Shown piece after piece: positions 1 through 10,175 of a stretch of DNA of 64,000 nucleotides (its first letter is position 1; every line of letters begins with the position of its first letter). The DNA comes from an uncultured Thiotrichales bacterium (GTDB taxonomy: Bacteria > Pseudomonadota > Gammaproteobacteria > UBA4575), in contig CAZAOO010000013.1 in assembly GCA_964486815.1 (NCBI GenBank), positions 9,965 through 73,964 of the forward strand, read 5' to 3'. The notes under the pieces are model-generated. The model was given only the letters and a program-made list of their open reading frames with translations. It searched no databases and had not been told where the DNA came from. The translations under genes were made by a program, and so were the position numbers.

Positions 1-956
1 ACACGACCTTGTGGAAAGTTATAAGTACGGATGCGTTCGGAGCGATCCCCGCTGCCAACCAGATTGCGGCGTTTTTCTGCTTGTTCGTCAAATTGTTTCT
101 TTCTTTCTTGGTCTAACAGCTTGGCGCTTAATAGTGACATCGCACGAGCTTTGTTTTTATGTTGAGAACGTTCATCCTGACACTCGACTACCACACCAGT
201 AGGTAAATGCGTGAGACGTATAGCGGAGTCGGTTTTGTTGACATGCTGTCCACCGGCACCTGATGCACGGAAAGTATCGATGCGTAAATCTGAGGTGTCA
301 ATTTCTATTTCACCAACTTCGTCGACTTCAGGCATGACGGCAACCGTGGCAGCAGAAGTATGCACGCGTCCTTGAGACTCTGTTTCGGGCACGCGTTGCA
401 CACGATGGACACCTGACTCAAACTTCAAATTAGAAAATACTTCTTTGCCGATAATTTTTACGATTATTTCTTTATAGCCACCATGATCACCTTCGTTTTC
501 ATTCATCACTTCAACTTTCCAGCCCTTATGCTCTGCGAAGCGTGTATACATGCGATGCAAATCTCCTGCAAAAATCGCTGCTTCATCACCTCCGGTTCCG
601 GCGCGAATTTCTAAAAACACATTGCTTTGGTCGTGAGGATCTTTTGGTAGTAATAATGTTTGCAGTTCAAGCTCAAGCCGTGCTAATAATTTTTCAGCGC
701 TTTTTATTTCCTCTTGAGCCATGACTTTCATGTCTTTGTCAGAATCGTTTGCCATTTCTTGTGCAGTTTCCAAGTCTTCTACGGCTCGCAGATGTTCATT
801 GAACTTTGCAACAATAGGGCTTAAATGGGCGTACTCTTTAGAAAGCTTGGTGAATTCGTTTTGATTGTTAATTACATCAGGATCTGAAAGCTCGGCAGAA
901 ATCTCTTCGTGCCGTTCTTTTATGCTCTCGAGTTTTAACAGGATGGAATCTTTCAT
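1..956 (-). CDS. prfA: peptide chain release factor 1 (N-terminal ~318 aa; 3' end lies beyond window start)
   Basis: Minus-strand translation starts [18 protein letters not shown] at 956 and contains the GGQ motif ([11 protein letters not shown], around 240-270). Conserved hemA-prfA order. Confidence 0.9.
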   Translation of the reverse strand, partial: MKDSILLKLESIKERHEEISAELSDPDVINNQNEFTKLSKEYAHLSPIVAKFNEHLRAVEDLETAQEMANDSDKDMKVMAQEEIKSAEKLLARLELELQTLLLPKDPHDQSNVFLEIRAGTGGDEAAIFAGDLHRMYTRFAEHKGWKVEVMNENEGDHGGYKEIIVKIIGKEVFSNLKFESGVHRVQRVPETESQGRVHTSAATVAVMPEVDEVGEIEIDTSDLRIDTFRASGAGGQHVNKTDSAIRLTHLPTGVVVECQDERSQHKNKARAMSLLSAKLLDQERKKQFDEQAEKRRNLVGSGDRSERIRTYNFPQGR

Positions 957-1110
957 TAGCAAGTACTCAGTTTCAAAAAAATTATTCAAATATGCTCTGT
1001 TTATTAAGAGCATATATGCTGGATATAAGTTTTTTTAAAGCTAATAGAATTGAGGCGTAACGAAGTCTTTGTCAGTACGCTTGGAGGGAGAGAGTAAAAT
1101 GTTATGTTGT

Positions 1111-2376
1111 TTATTTATCATCAGGTATATTTAACAGGATTCGTGCTGCATCAATCAACTCATTTTTACCTTGTTTGCCTGCTGTGTGTAGTGCTTCGGT
1201 AGGCTCATGGGTAAGTTTGTTTGTTAGTGTATGTGCGATAAATTGCAAAGTTTCTTCAGTTGATTTGCCTTGCTCAAGCATTTTATGGGCTTTCTCTAAT
1301 ATCTCGTCACGATGCATTTCTGCTTTGTTGCGATAAGCTCGCACAGTATCAACAATACCTTGTCCCCTAAGCCATTGGGAGTATTCTAATACTTCATGGT
1401 CAATAATTGTTTCAGCTTCATCGGCCGCTTGTTGGCGAGATGTAATATTGACTTCGATTACATTTCGAAGGTCGTCAATAGTGTATAGGTATACATCAGA
1501 AAGTTTTGCTACTTCGGGTTCGATATCTCTAGGGACAGCTAAATCTACCATGAAGATAGGTTTGTGTTTACGCTGTTTAATTGCACTTTCAACCAGGCCT
1601 TTTCCAAGGATAGGTAATGGGCTTGCAGTTGCGGTCATAACAATATCAGACTGAGGTAATGCTTCGCTAATGTAACTTAAACCAACTCCACGCCCTCCTA
1701 CTTTGTCTGCAAGACTTTGTGCGCGTTCAACACTGCGGTTTGCCACTATAATATTTTGCACTCCAGAGCCTTTTAAGTGTTCTGCAGCAAGCTCAATCGT
1801 TTGACCGGCACCAATTAGTAATGCGGTAAGTTTTTTGAAGTCGCCAAAAATATTTTTAGACAACGAAACCGCAGCTGAAGCGACTGATACTGGATTTGCA
1901 CCGATTTCAGTGTTGGTGCGTACTTTCTTTGCAACATTGAAAGAGCGTTGAAAAAGTTGATTCAGATTTCTACCCAGGGTTTCTGCTTGCACAGCATCCT
2001 GATAGGCAGATTTTAGCTGTCCTAATATCTGGGGTTCGCCCAGCACCATGGAATCTAGTCCACAAGCAACTCGAAAAATATGTCGAACTACTGAGTCATC
2101 CAAGTGGTCATAGATATAGGGTTGCGTATCTTTAGCGCTTAAGTTGTGGAAGCTGTTTAACCAAGCAAGAATTTCCTGCTTACCTTTATCTACATGGTTT
2201 ACTTCACAATACAATTCTGTGCGGTTGCAGGTAGAAATAATAGCGGCTTCATCAACTTGAGGGACGGCGATCAGTTTTTTTAGTGCATGCCCCAGGTTTT
2301 GCTCATTTATAGCCACGCGCTCACGCACCTCTACAGGGGCTGTGGTGTGGTTGATACCTAGTGTAAGTAAGGGCAT
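1111..2376 (-). CDS. hemA: glutamyl-tRNA reductase
   Basis: 421 aa. N-terminus MPLLTLGINHTTAPVEVRERVA is the classic HemA start. Sits upstream of prfA as in other Gammaproteobacteria. Confidence 0.92.
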   Translation of the reverse strand: MPLLTLGINHTTAPVEVRERVAINEQNLGHALKKLIAVPQVDEAAIISTCNRTELYCEVNHVDKGKQEILAWLNSFHNLSAKDTQPYIYDHLDDSVVRHIFRVACGLDSMVLGEPQILGQLKSAYQDAVQAETLGRNLNQLFQRSFNVAKKVRTNTEIGANPVSVASAAVSLSKNIFGDFKKLTALLIGAGQTIELAAEHLKGSGVQNIIVANRSVERAQSLADKVGGRGVGLSYISEALPQSDIVMTATASPLPILGKGLVESAIKQRKHKPIFMVDLAVPRDIEPEVAKLSDVYLYTIDDLRNVIEVNITSRQQAADEAETIIDHEVLEYSQWLRGQGIVDTVRAYRNKAEMHRDEILEKAHKMLEQGKSTEETLQFIAHTLTNKLTHEPTEALHTAGKQGKNELIDAARILLNIPDDK

Positions 2377-2481
2377 GAAATTACAAGGTTTTTGCGATCT
2401 ACAGTAATATAAATTTACTAGAGTTTAATAGATTGAAAGGGTTTATAAAATCTGGTCTAAGTACCCGTAATAACTGTCAAA

Positions 2482-4314
2482 ATGCGTATGCATTACCCAG
2501 ATAACTACAGTAATATTAGGTATAGTCTAATAGACCCCGCTACGCAACACAGTATATTGAAGATCAACGCAACAATTCGACAGATTCTCTACCCACCTAT
2601 GGTGTATTTAATAGCTATTTTGCTGGCATTTGGGCTAGTCAGCTGCTCATCTATGCAAGGCGGGGCAGGCGAAACCCTATCTTCGGCTGACTCCATTCAG
2701 ATTCGTGAACCTCATCCTGAGAAATATAGCGCCCAGTCTGAGCTTATGTACGAAGTGCTGGTGGGTGAGTTATCAGGACAATATGGTGAAGTGGATCTGG
2801 CGCTTGAGCATTATGTCAATGCAGCCCAACTTACAGACGATCCCTCTGTGGCTGAACGTGCGACCCGAATTGCGATGTTTGCAAAAAATTGGCCTGCCGG
2901 TATTCAAGCTGCAACTCGCTGGTCGGAGTTGGTGGGAGAAAATTTAGAGATCAGCCAAATTTTAGGTGTACTTGAATTACGCAGTGGCAATATCGATGCT
3001 GCGGTACCGCACTTTGAAAAAATCATGCTGGCAGCAGATGACTCGCCGGCAAAAGGCTATAGCATAATTGGTGCCGTGCTCTCGCGTGAACCTGATTCAG
3101 AGTCATCACTAAAATTGCTCGAAATATTAGTAAACAAAAATTTTGAAAACCCATACGGCCATTTAACCTTGGCAAGTCTTGCATTTCAGTCGCAAGATTT
3201 TCAACGCACGATTGACGAAAGTGAACTCGCACTTGGTTTTAAACCTGATTTGATCGAAGCGCGCGCCATGCGTGCACAAGCGCTAATGAATCTTGATGAG
3301 ACTGACCAAGCGCTTTCGGAAATGAAAATTATTGTTGAAGAAGAGCCTGGTAATCGTGAAATGCGCACTGCATATTCGCGCATGCTAATCAGTGCAGAGC
3401 GTTACGACGAGGCTATTCAAGAATTCGAAGTACTGTTAGTTGTCAACCCAAATGATGGCGAACTCATATATCGTTTAGGTTTGTTGTATTTGCAAGAAGA
3501 AGAGTTTGCAAAGGCTAAAGTTAAATTTAAACGACTGGTGGATCGCAAGCAGCGTGTCGATGAAAGTCATTACTACATTGGTCGAACTGAAGAGGAGCAA
3601 AAGAATTTTTCTAATGCGATTGCTGAGTTTGAGAAAGTTAAACAAGGTGAGTATTACATCGATGCAAAAGCTAGAATTGCATCAATTTATGTAGAGCGTG
3701 ATGGCATAGATAAATCACAAGCTTACTTAAAAGATTTGCGTAGTCAATTGAGTGCGCCGGAAGCGATTATAGAAGTGTATTTAATTGAAGGACAACTGTT
3801 GCATGACGAAGAGTTATATGTGGCTGCAATGGATCTATATAGCGAAGGATTACAGGAATTCCCAGGCCATAGTGATTTGTTGTATGCGCGTGCTTTGATG
3901 GCCGAAGAAATTGATCGCATTGATTTATTAGAGGCTGACTTAAAGTTAATACTTGCTGAAGATCCTGAAAATGCCTCCGCATTAAATGCGCTTGGTTACA
4001 CACTCGCGGACCACAATACTCGAATAGATGAAGCGTTTGGCTATATTAAAAAGGCATTGGAGATTCGCCCTGATGACCCTGCTGTAATGGATAGCATGGG
4101 TTGGGTGCATTTTAGATTGGGTAACTACGCTGAAGCCGAGACGTATTTGCGTAAAGCGTTCAGCATTTTAGAGGATGCCGAGATTGCAGGCCATCTTGTC
4201 GAGCTGTTATGGGCACAAGGCAAATATGACGAAGCAAAAAAAATTTTGAGTGACATGATTCAGCGCTATCCTGAAGATGAATACATATTAGAGTTAAAAC
4301 AAAAACACCAGTAA
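2482..4314 (+). CDS. TPR-repeat lipoprotein (true start may be the internal Met before lipobox GLVSC)
   Basis: 610 aa with repeated TPR-like helices. Signal/lipobox LAFGLVSCSS. The position divergent from hemA and upstream of lolB matches the Pseudomonas-type arrangement. Confidence 0.7.
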   Translation: MRMHYPDNYSNIRYSLIDPATQHSILKINATIRQILYPPMVYLIAILLAFGLVSCSSMQGGAGETLSSADSIQIREPHPEKYSAQSELMYEVLVGELSGQYGEVDLALEHYVNAAQLTDDPSVAERATRIAMFAKNWPAGIQAATRWSELVGENLEISQILGVLELRSGNIDAAVPHFEKIMLAADDSPAKGYSIIGAVLSREPDSESSLKLLEILVNKNFENPYGHLTLASLAFQSQDFQRTIDESELALGFKPDLIEARAMRAQALMNLDETDQALSEMKIIVEEEPGNREMRTAYSRMLISAERYDEAIQEFEVLLVVNPNDGELIYRLGLLYLQEEEFAKAKVKFKRLVDRKQRVDESHYYIGRTEEEQKNFSNAIAEFEKVKQGEYYIDAKARIASIYVERDGIDKSQAYLKDLRSQLSAPEAIIEVYLIEGQLLHDEELYVAAMDLYSEGLQEFPGHSDLLYARALMAEEIDRIDLLEADLKLILAEDPENASALNALGYTLADHNTRIDEAFGYIKKALEIRPDDPAVMDSMGWVHFRLGNYAEAETYLRKAFSILEDAEIAGHLVELLWAQGKYDEAKKILSDMIQRYPEDEYILELKQKHQ

Positions 4315-5003
4315 TGATATGTCTCCCATTGCGCAGGTGGCAACGCTTTTGCGAGCTATCATTTTTTGTTTGTTTGTTTCCTCCCGTGTTGATTTTATCT
4401 GCCTGTGTCACCGTTGAGAAACATCAGTTACCACCTGGCTCAGAAGTAACTAAAAAAGCTGCATGGGAGGTTCACCAGGCAAACATTCAAAGTCTGAAAA
4501 CCTGGAAATTACAAGGGCGTGTAGCTGGGAAATCAAACAATGAAGGGTTTCGTGCCGGAGTGCATTGGAATCAGCTACAAAGTAATTATGCAATTGATTT
4601 GTATGGGCCACTTGGTAGAAAAGTAGCGGTAATCTCCGGGAGAGAGGGAAGCGTTCAATTGAAAACTTCCAAAGGCGAAAGTTTTCAGGCGAATAACGCT
4701 GAAAACTTAATGCAGGATTTGTTTGGTTATTCTCTGCCTATAAATGGGCTTCGCCACTGGTTGTTAGGCATTCCTGATCCAAAACAAACTCACAATTTAT
4801 TAGCTTTAGATGAGCAAGGACGTTTGAAGAAGCTTGAGCAAGCGGGTTGGATCATCGATTATGCTGGTTATCATGAAAACCCCCTGATGTTGCCGGCATT
4901 GATTAAAATTTCTAATCCCACATTAAATGCAAATATCAAAGTAGATCGATGGATACTGGGCACGAAAGAAATAAGCACCAAAGAAATGGGCCCCAAAAAA
5001 TAG
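4314..5003 (+). CDS. lolB: outer-membrane lipoprotein LolB
   Basis: 229 aa. Lipobox LILSAC. Conserved lolB-ispE-prs synteny. Confidence 0.75.
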   Translation: MICLPLRRWQRFCELSFFVCLFPPVLILSACVTVEKHQLPPGSEVTKKAAWEVHQANIQSLKTWKLQGRVAGKSNNEGFRAGVHWNQLQSNYAIDLYGPLGRKVAVISGREGSVQLKTSKGESFQANNAENLMQDLFGYSLPINGLRHWLLGIPDPKQTHNLLALDEQGRLKKLEQAGWIIDYAGYHENPLMLPALIKISNPTLNANIKVDRWILGTKEISTKEMGPKK

Positions 5004-5083
5004 CCAAGCAAGAAAGTTGATTGGTACTCTTGCCGGTATATTTACCATTATATTTTAAATAATTTTAATCAGCTGATCTTGCT

Positions 5084-5968
5084 ATGCAAATATGGCCTGC
5101 ACCTGCAAAGTTAAATCTGTTTTTGCACATCGTTGGACAACGTGATGATGGTTATCATCTGCTGCAAACTGCCATTCAATTTATAGATATTTGTGATGAA
5201 TTAACATTTTCTTCTCGCACTGATAGCAGCATTAGTTGCGTAAATTCTAATCACACTATTTCTCAACAAGAAGATTTATGCTTTAAAGCAGCCTTAATGT
5301 TGCAAGAACAGATGTCAGCAAAGTCGCAAAATAAACAAGGCATTGATATCAGGCTAAACAAGAAAATTCCAATCGGTGCGGGTTTAGGTGGAGGAAGCTC
5401 TGATGCTGCAACGACCTTGTTGGCATTGAATCAAATTTGGGATTGTGGCTTAGAGCGGCAGGAGCTTGAGCTGATGGCGGCTAAATTAGGAGCAGATGTG
5501 CCGATATTTGTTCGAGGTCATGCGAGCTGGGTAGAGGGGATAGGCGAAAAACTTACACCTATTACTTTAGAAGAGCCATGGAGTGTTGTGGTATTTCCAA
5601 AAGTGCATTTAAATACTCAGCAGATGTTCGCAGATCCCGAGTTGACACGTGATTGCGTGCCCATCAAAATACGCGACTTCTTGCCAAAGAGTACCGGGAA
5701 ATTGAAGCTAGCCGACTTTGGGAAAACACAGAATGTGTTTGAATCGATAGCGCGACGTCAACCTAATATAGAGCGTGCTTTTCAATATTTGGGTAAGTAT
5801 TCGTCTGCTCGATTGACAGGTTCTGGAAGTGCACTGTTTATTACTTGTGCATCTAAGCTGCAGGCTGAAGAAATAGCTGCAAGTTGTACAAAAGAATTTA
5901 CCGCTTACGCAATGAAACGCTTAAATGTGTCACCAGTAATTTCGTTAAGTGAGTATAATAGTCCATAG
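5084..5968 (+). CDS. ispE: 4-diphosphocytidyl-2-C-methyl-D-erythritol kinase
   Basis: 294 aa. GHMP-kinase motif PIGAGLGGGSSDAA. Synteny with lolB/prs. Confidence 0.9.
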   Translation: MQIWPAPAKLNLFLHIVGQRDDGYHLLQTAIQFIDICDELTFSSRTDSSISCVNSNHTISQQEDLCFKAALMLQEQMSAKSQNKQGIDIRLNKKIPIGAGLGGGSSDAATTLLALNQIWDCGLERQELELMAAKLGADVPIFVRGHASWVEGIGEKLTPITLEEPWSVVVFPKVHLNTQQMFADPELTRDCVPIKIRDFLPKSTGKLKLADFGKTQNVFESIARRQPNIERAFQYLGKYSSARLTGSGSALFITCASKLQAEEIAASCTKEFTAYAMKRLNVSPVISLSEYNSP

Positions 5969-5995
5969 TTGCAGCAATTATAGACACTAAAAAAT

Positions 5996-6070
5996 TGGGC
6001 CGTCGCCAAGTGGTAAGGCACCGGGTTTTGATCCCGGCATTCGCAGGTTCGAATCCTGCCGGCCCAGCCA
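5996..6070 (+). tRNA. tRNA-Gln (UUG)
   Basis: Cloverleaf: acceptor tgggccg/cggccca, anticodon loop ttTTGat, discriminator G plus CCA. Close to E. coli tRNA-Gln. Confidence 0.85.
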
Positions 6071-6118
6071 ATTTCTCGTCATTCTAAATGACGTTTTAAA
6101 ACTAAAGACATTAATACT

Positions 6119-7093
6119 ATGCTTCTACAAAGATCCTTGCCTGCAGATAGTAATTTAATGGTGTTTTCCGGTAACGCACATCCAAAACTTGCACAGGGTA
6201 TTTGCGATGACCTAAACATCCCGATTGGTAAAGCATTTGTTAGCCAGTTTAGCGACGGCGAAGTGCAAGTTGAAATTCAAGAAAATGTACGCGGCAAAGA
6301 TGTTTTTGTAGTGCAACCAACCTGTATGCCAACCAATGACAATGTCATGGAACTGCTGATTATGATTGATGCATTAAAGCGTTCTTCAGCTGAGCGAATT
6401 ACAGCAGTCATGCCTTATTTTGGCTACTCAAGACAAGATCGCCGCGTGCGATCCATTCGTGTGCCCATTTCTGCCAAAGTCATTGCTAACTTATTACAGG
6501 TCGCAGGAGCAGATCGCGTCTTGACGGTAGATCTCCATGCAGATCAAATTCAGGGTTTTTTCGATATTCCTGTTGATAATATTTACGCCTCTCCCATTTT
6601 GCTAGGTGATGTATATAAACGCAAAGCCCCTAATTTAATAGTGGTGTCACCGGATGTGGGTGGTGTGGTACGTGCGCGCGCGCTAGCGAAAAGGCTGGAT
6701 GACGCTGATCTGGCAATTATTGATAAACGACGACCAGAAGCGAATAAATCCGAAGTTATGCACATTATTGGTGAGGTAGAGGGTAAATCTTGCTACATCA
6801 TTGATGATTTAGTCGATACTGCAGGTACTTTGTGTGCGGCGGCCAAAGCGCTGAAAGAGCATGGAGCAGTTAGTGTTAGGGCCTATGCCACTCATCCTGT
6901 GCTCTCGGGTAAAGCAATTAAAAACATTGAGAATTCTGTGCTGGATGAATTGGTAGTAACTGATACAATTCCGCTCCGCGAGGATGCTATCCGTTGCAGC
7001 CGGATCCGCCAGGTAGAGGTCTCGGGGCTGGTTGCCGAATCAATGCGTAGAATCAATAACGAAGAGTCTGTTAGCACCCTATATATGGATTAA
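6119..7093 (+). CDS. prs: ribose-phosphate pyrophosphokinase (true start probably the internal Met at ~6158)
   Basis: [13 protein letters not shown]..., PRPP-binding loop [12 protein letters not shown], 324 aa ORF. Confidence 0.92.
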   Translation: MLLQRSLPADSNLMVFSGNAHPKLAQGICDDLNIPIGKAFVSQFSDGEVQVEIQENVRGKDVFVVQPTCMPTNDNVMELLIMIDALKRSSAERITAVMPYFGYSRQDRRVRSIRVPISAKVIANLLQVAGADRVLTVDLHADQIQGFFDIPVDNIYASPILLGDVYKRKAPNLIVVSPDVGGVVRARALAKRLDDADLAIIDKRRPEANKSEVMHIIGEVEGKSCYIIDDLVDTAGTLCAAAKALKEHGAVSVRAYATHPVLSGKAIKNIENSVLDELVVTDTIPLREDAIRCSRIRQVEVSGLVAESMRRINNEESVSTLYMD

Positions 7094-7152
7094 GGTATAT
7101 GGGCGAGTAAGTGCTTAGTAGCAGAGAATAAGAGAAAGTTTGGAGTAATAGA

Positions 7153-7842
7153 ATGAGTGTCGATTTCACATTAAATGCAGAGTTACGCAACGAGCAAGAG
7201 TTAGGTAAAGCTTCTAGCAGAAGATTGCGAAATATGGGTAAAGTACCTGCCATTATGTATGGTGGTGGAGTAGCACCGGTGTCCATAACATTTGATCATG
7301 ACAAGCTTATGCATAGTCTTGAACAAGAAGCTATTTACTCCCACATTCTAACGATTGATGTAGCAGGTAAGTCACAACGAACAATCTTGCGTGATTTACA
7401 ACGTCATCCATATAAGCCAACCATTTTGCATATGGATTTGTTACGTGTCCGTGAAGACGTTGCCATTAATGTACACGTTCCATTGCACTTTTTAAACGAA
7501 GAGTCTTGTCCCGGCATAAAACTTGAAGGTGGTGTGGCTAGCCATAACATCGTTGAGATTGAGATTTCATGCTTGCCTAAAGACTTACCAGAATTTATTG
7601 ATGTCGATGTAGCGGATCTTAAATTAAATGATTCATTGCATCTTAGTGATATCAAAGTTGCAGAGGGTGTCACCATTGTTGAATTAGCGCATGGCGAAGA
7701 CCATGATCACGTGGTTGTGTCTGTGCATGCTAAACGCGCGGTAGAAGAAGAGCCGGTTGCGAGTGATGAAGCTGCAGCAGAAGATTCGCCAAAAAGCGAT
7801 GCAGCTAAGGATGAAGAAAAATCATCTGGAGATGATACATAA
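7153..7842 (+). CDS. rplY: 50S ribosomal protein L25 / general stress protein Ctc (long form with acidic C-tail)
   Basis: 229 aa. The L25 N-domain and its position between prs and pth are typical. Confidence 0.85.
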   Translation: MSVDFTLNAELRNEQELGKASSRRLRNMGKVPAIMYGGGVAPVSITFDHDKLMHSLEQEAIYSHILTIDVAGKSQRTILRDLQRHPYKPTILHMDLLRVREDVAINVHVPLHFLNEESCPGIKLEGGVASHNIVEIEISCLPKDLPEFIDVDVADLKLNDSLHLSDIKVAEGVTIVELAHGEDHDHVVVSVHAKRAVEEEPVASDEAAAEDSPKSDAAKDEEKSSGDDT

Positions 7843-7871
7843 TTTATTCCCTTTAGTGTCTCAGCACACAT

Positions 7872-8453
7872 ATGTCTAATCTTAAAGGCATACGGCTAAT
7901 TGCCGGCCTTGGTAATCCAGGCGAAAAGCATGAACAAACCCGGCATAACGCCGGGTTTTGGTTTGTGGATGCACTCGCTGCAAGAGAAAAAGCAACCTTC
8001 AAGCTGGAAACCAAGTTTAAAGCTGAGGTTGCACACTTTTCATATAAAGGTGAAAAAATCTGGTTGCTTAAACCTCAAACCTATATGAATGATAGTGGTG
8101 AGTCATTACGGTCGTTCTGTGATTTTTATAAAATTCCAAGCGAGCAAGTTTTGGTAGCGCATGACGAGATCGATTTACCAAATGGCGAAGCTAAAATTAA
8201 ATGGGCTGGCGGACATGGTGGGCATAATGGTTTGCGAAGTATTTTCTCTCACTTAAGTAAAGATATTTGGCGTTTGCGACTAGGTGTTGGCCATCCTGGA
8301 CATAAAGACCAAGTGGTAGGTTATGTGCTAAAACAAATTAATAAAAGTGATCGTGCTGCGATCGATAATGCGATTATTGATGCGATGAACACCTTAGATG
8401 AATGTGTTGAAGGCGATATGGAAGCTGCTATGCGCCGATTGCATACTAAATAA
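7872..8453 (+). CDS. pth: peptidyl-tRNA hydrolase
   Basis: 193 aa. N-terminus LIAGLGNPGEKHEQTRHNAGF and the HDEIDLP motif. Confidence 0.92.
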   Translation: MSNLKGIRLIAGLGNPGEKHEQTRHNAGFWFVDALAAREKATFKLETKFKAEVAHFSYKGEKIWLLKPQTYMNDSGESLRSFCDFYKIPSEQVLVAHDEIDLPNGEAKIKWAGGHGGHNGLRSIFSHLSKDIWRLRLGVGHPGHKDQVVGYVLKQINKSDRAAIDNAIIDAMNTLDECVEGDMEAAMRRLHTK

Positions 8454-8484
8454 CTAGCGTCAAAATTCAGAGTAAGTAACAGCT

Positions 8485-9576
8485 ATGGGATTTAAATGTG
8501 GAATTGTAGGCTTGCCTAATGTGGGTAAATCGACTTTATTTAACGCCTTAACGGCTGCAGAAATTGCAGCTGAGAACTACCCGTTTTGCACGATCGATCC
8601 TAATGTGGGCATCGTTCCAGTGCCAGATGTACGTTTGCAAAAGCTCGCGAGCATTGAGAGCTCAAAAAAAATCATACCTACAACCATCGAGTTTGTAGAT
8701 ATCGCAGGCTTGGTTGCAGGCGCCTCGAAAGGTGAGGGTTTAGGTAATCAATTTTTGGGACACATACGTGAAACCGATGCGGTTGCGCACGTAGTGAGAT
8801 GTTTTGATGATGAAAATATCATTCATGTAGATGGCAAGGTTGATCCATTGTCAGATTTAGAAACGATCTATACTGAACTTATTTTATCGGACCTGGAATC
8901 GGTTGATAAAGCAATTGCTAGAGTGGAACGTGTCGCAAAATCTGGAAATAAAGAATCGGTAGCACAATTAGATTTATATAAGAAATTAAAACAGCATTTG
9001 GAAAATGAAGAGCTAGCCTTTACATACTCGGTAAGTAAAGAGCAGATGCCATTAATTCGCGAATTACAATTGATAACCGGTAAGCCAGCTTTATATATTG
9101 CGAATGTTGCTGAAGATGGTTTTGAAAATAATGAACATTTAAAAAAGCTTGAAGAAATTGCAAACAAGCGATCAATTCAAGTGATTCCGGTATGCGCACA
9201 AATTGAGGCCGAGATCGCACAACTAGATGCTGATGAGCAACAAGACTATTTATCTGAATTGGGTTTAAAAGAGCCTGGCTTGAATCGTGTTATTCGTGTT
9301 GGATACGAGCTATTGGGCTTGCAGACATTCTTCACAGTAGGCCCAAAAGAAGCCAGGGCCTGGACCGTATCAAAAGGAGCTACTGCCCCAAAAGCTGCCG
9401 GAAAGATTCACACAGATTTTGAAAAAGGCTTTATACGTGCTGAAGTGGTTGCCTATCAGGATTATGTAGATGGCAATGGTGAGTCTGGAGCAAAAGATGC
9501 AGGAAAGTGGCGCCTTGAGGGTAAAGAATACCTAATGAATGAAGGAGACGTGGTACATTTCAGGTTTAATGTTTAG
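8485..9576 (+). CDS. ychF: ribosome-binding ATPase YchF
   Basis: 363 aa. G1 motif [15 protein letters not shown]-domain C-terminus. Downstream of pth. Confidence 0.92.
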   Translation: MGFKCGIVGLPNVGKSTLFNALTAAEIAAENYPFCTIDPNVGIVPVPDVRLQKLASIESSKKIIPTTIEFVDIAGLVAGASKGEGLGNQFLGHIRETDAVAHVVRCFDDENIIHVDGKVDPLSDLETIYTELILSDLESVDKAIARVERVAKSGNKESVAQLDLYKKLKQHLENEELAFTYSVSKEQMPLIRELQLITGKPALYIANVAEDGFENNEHLKKLEEIANKRSIQVIPVCAQIEAEIAQLDADEQQDYLSELGLKEPGLNRVIRVGYELLGLQTFFTVGPKEARAWTVSKGATAPKAAGKIHTDFEKGFIRAEVVAYQDYVDGNGESGAKDAGKWRLEGKEYLMNEGDVVHFRFNV

Positions 9577-9819
9577 ATCTTTTGTAATGCATTTCAGGTT
9601 CTAACATATAGAATCTGGAATAGCTATAAAGCTCATTGCCGTTCACTTTAAGCTTCTATGTGTAGCGAGTTTGACCTGAAACTACCCCATTCGTTGATTA
9701 ATTTAGATTAAATATCTAGATCTGGATCTGTGAATTGTAGTATTAAGTTCGGTAGAATTGACACTTGGCCTGGTGTTTTATAAGGTCCGTCATCCAAAAT
9801 CAAATATGGCATCAAATAT

Positions 9820-9896
9820 GGCTATGTAGCTCAGCTGGTTAGAGCACAGCATTCATAATGCTGGGGTCGTTGGTTCAAATCCAACCATAGCCACCA
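9820..9896 (+). tRNA. tRNA-Met (CAU), intact, with encoded CCA
   Basis: ggctatgtagctcagctggttagagcacagcattCATaatgctggggtcgttggttcaaatccaaccatagccacca. Full cloverleaf. Accessory DNA begins immediately downstream. Confidence 0.85.
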
Positions 9897-10032
9897 TTTT
9901 CTTATTTAAGTAATTGTTTTTTGAAATGCATTGGGCGATCACAACAAACTATTACAAAAAATTTTAAACTAAGTACAATTGAGCACTATAATTCAGTGCA
10001 ATAGTCAGGCTAATTTCAAACTGATTAAAATC

Positions 10033-10098
10033 AATCGAGTCTGACCCCATTGATTCTCCAAATCGAGTCTGACCCCATTGATTCTGACCATTGATTCC
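10033..10098. repeat. two tandem 25-nt direct repeats (aatcgagtctgaccccattgattct) plus a partial third (gaccattgattcc)
   Basis: Read directly. Copy 1 at 10033-10057, copy 2 at 10061-10085, partial at 10086-10098. About 140 nt downstream of tRNA-Met at the island boundary. Confidence 0.8.
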
Positions 10099-10175
10099 TT
10101 AATTAATCTGTCCGTTTTTTTGTTGCAACCTCAGACCTCTTTTATTGAATTCACCTCTTAATTCAGTCAAACATT

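Noticed and set aside
1448-1654. Numerous short ORFs nested antisense or out-of-frame within long genes (e.g. 1448-1654, 2705-2947, 3023-3383, 17030-17320, 25313-25543, 26369-26563, 39093-39380, 58298-58792, 58868-59215)
   Set aside because: Each lies wholly inside a longer ORF with strong homology-type motifs. No independent start context and no conservation signals. Treated as spurious.
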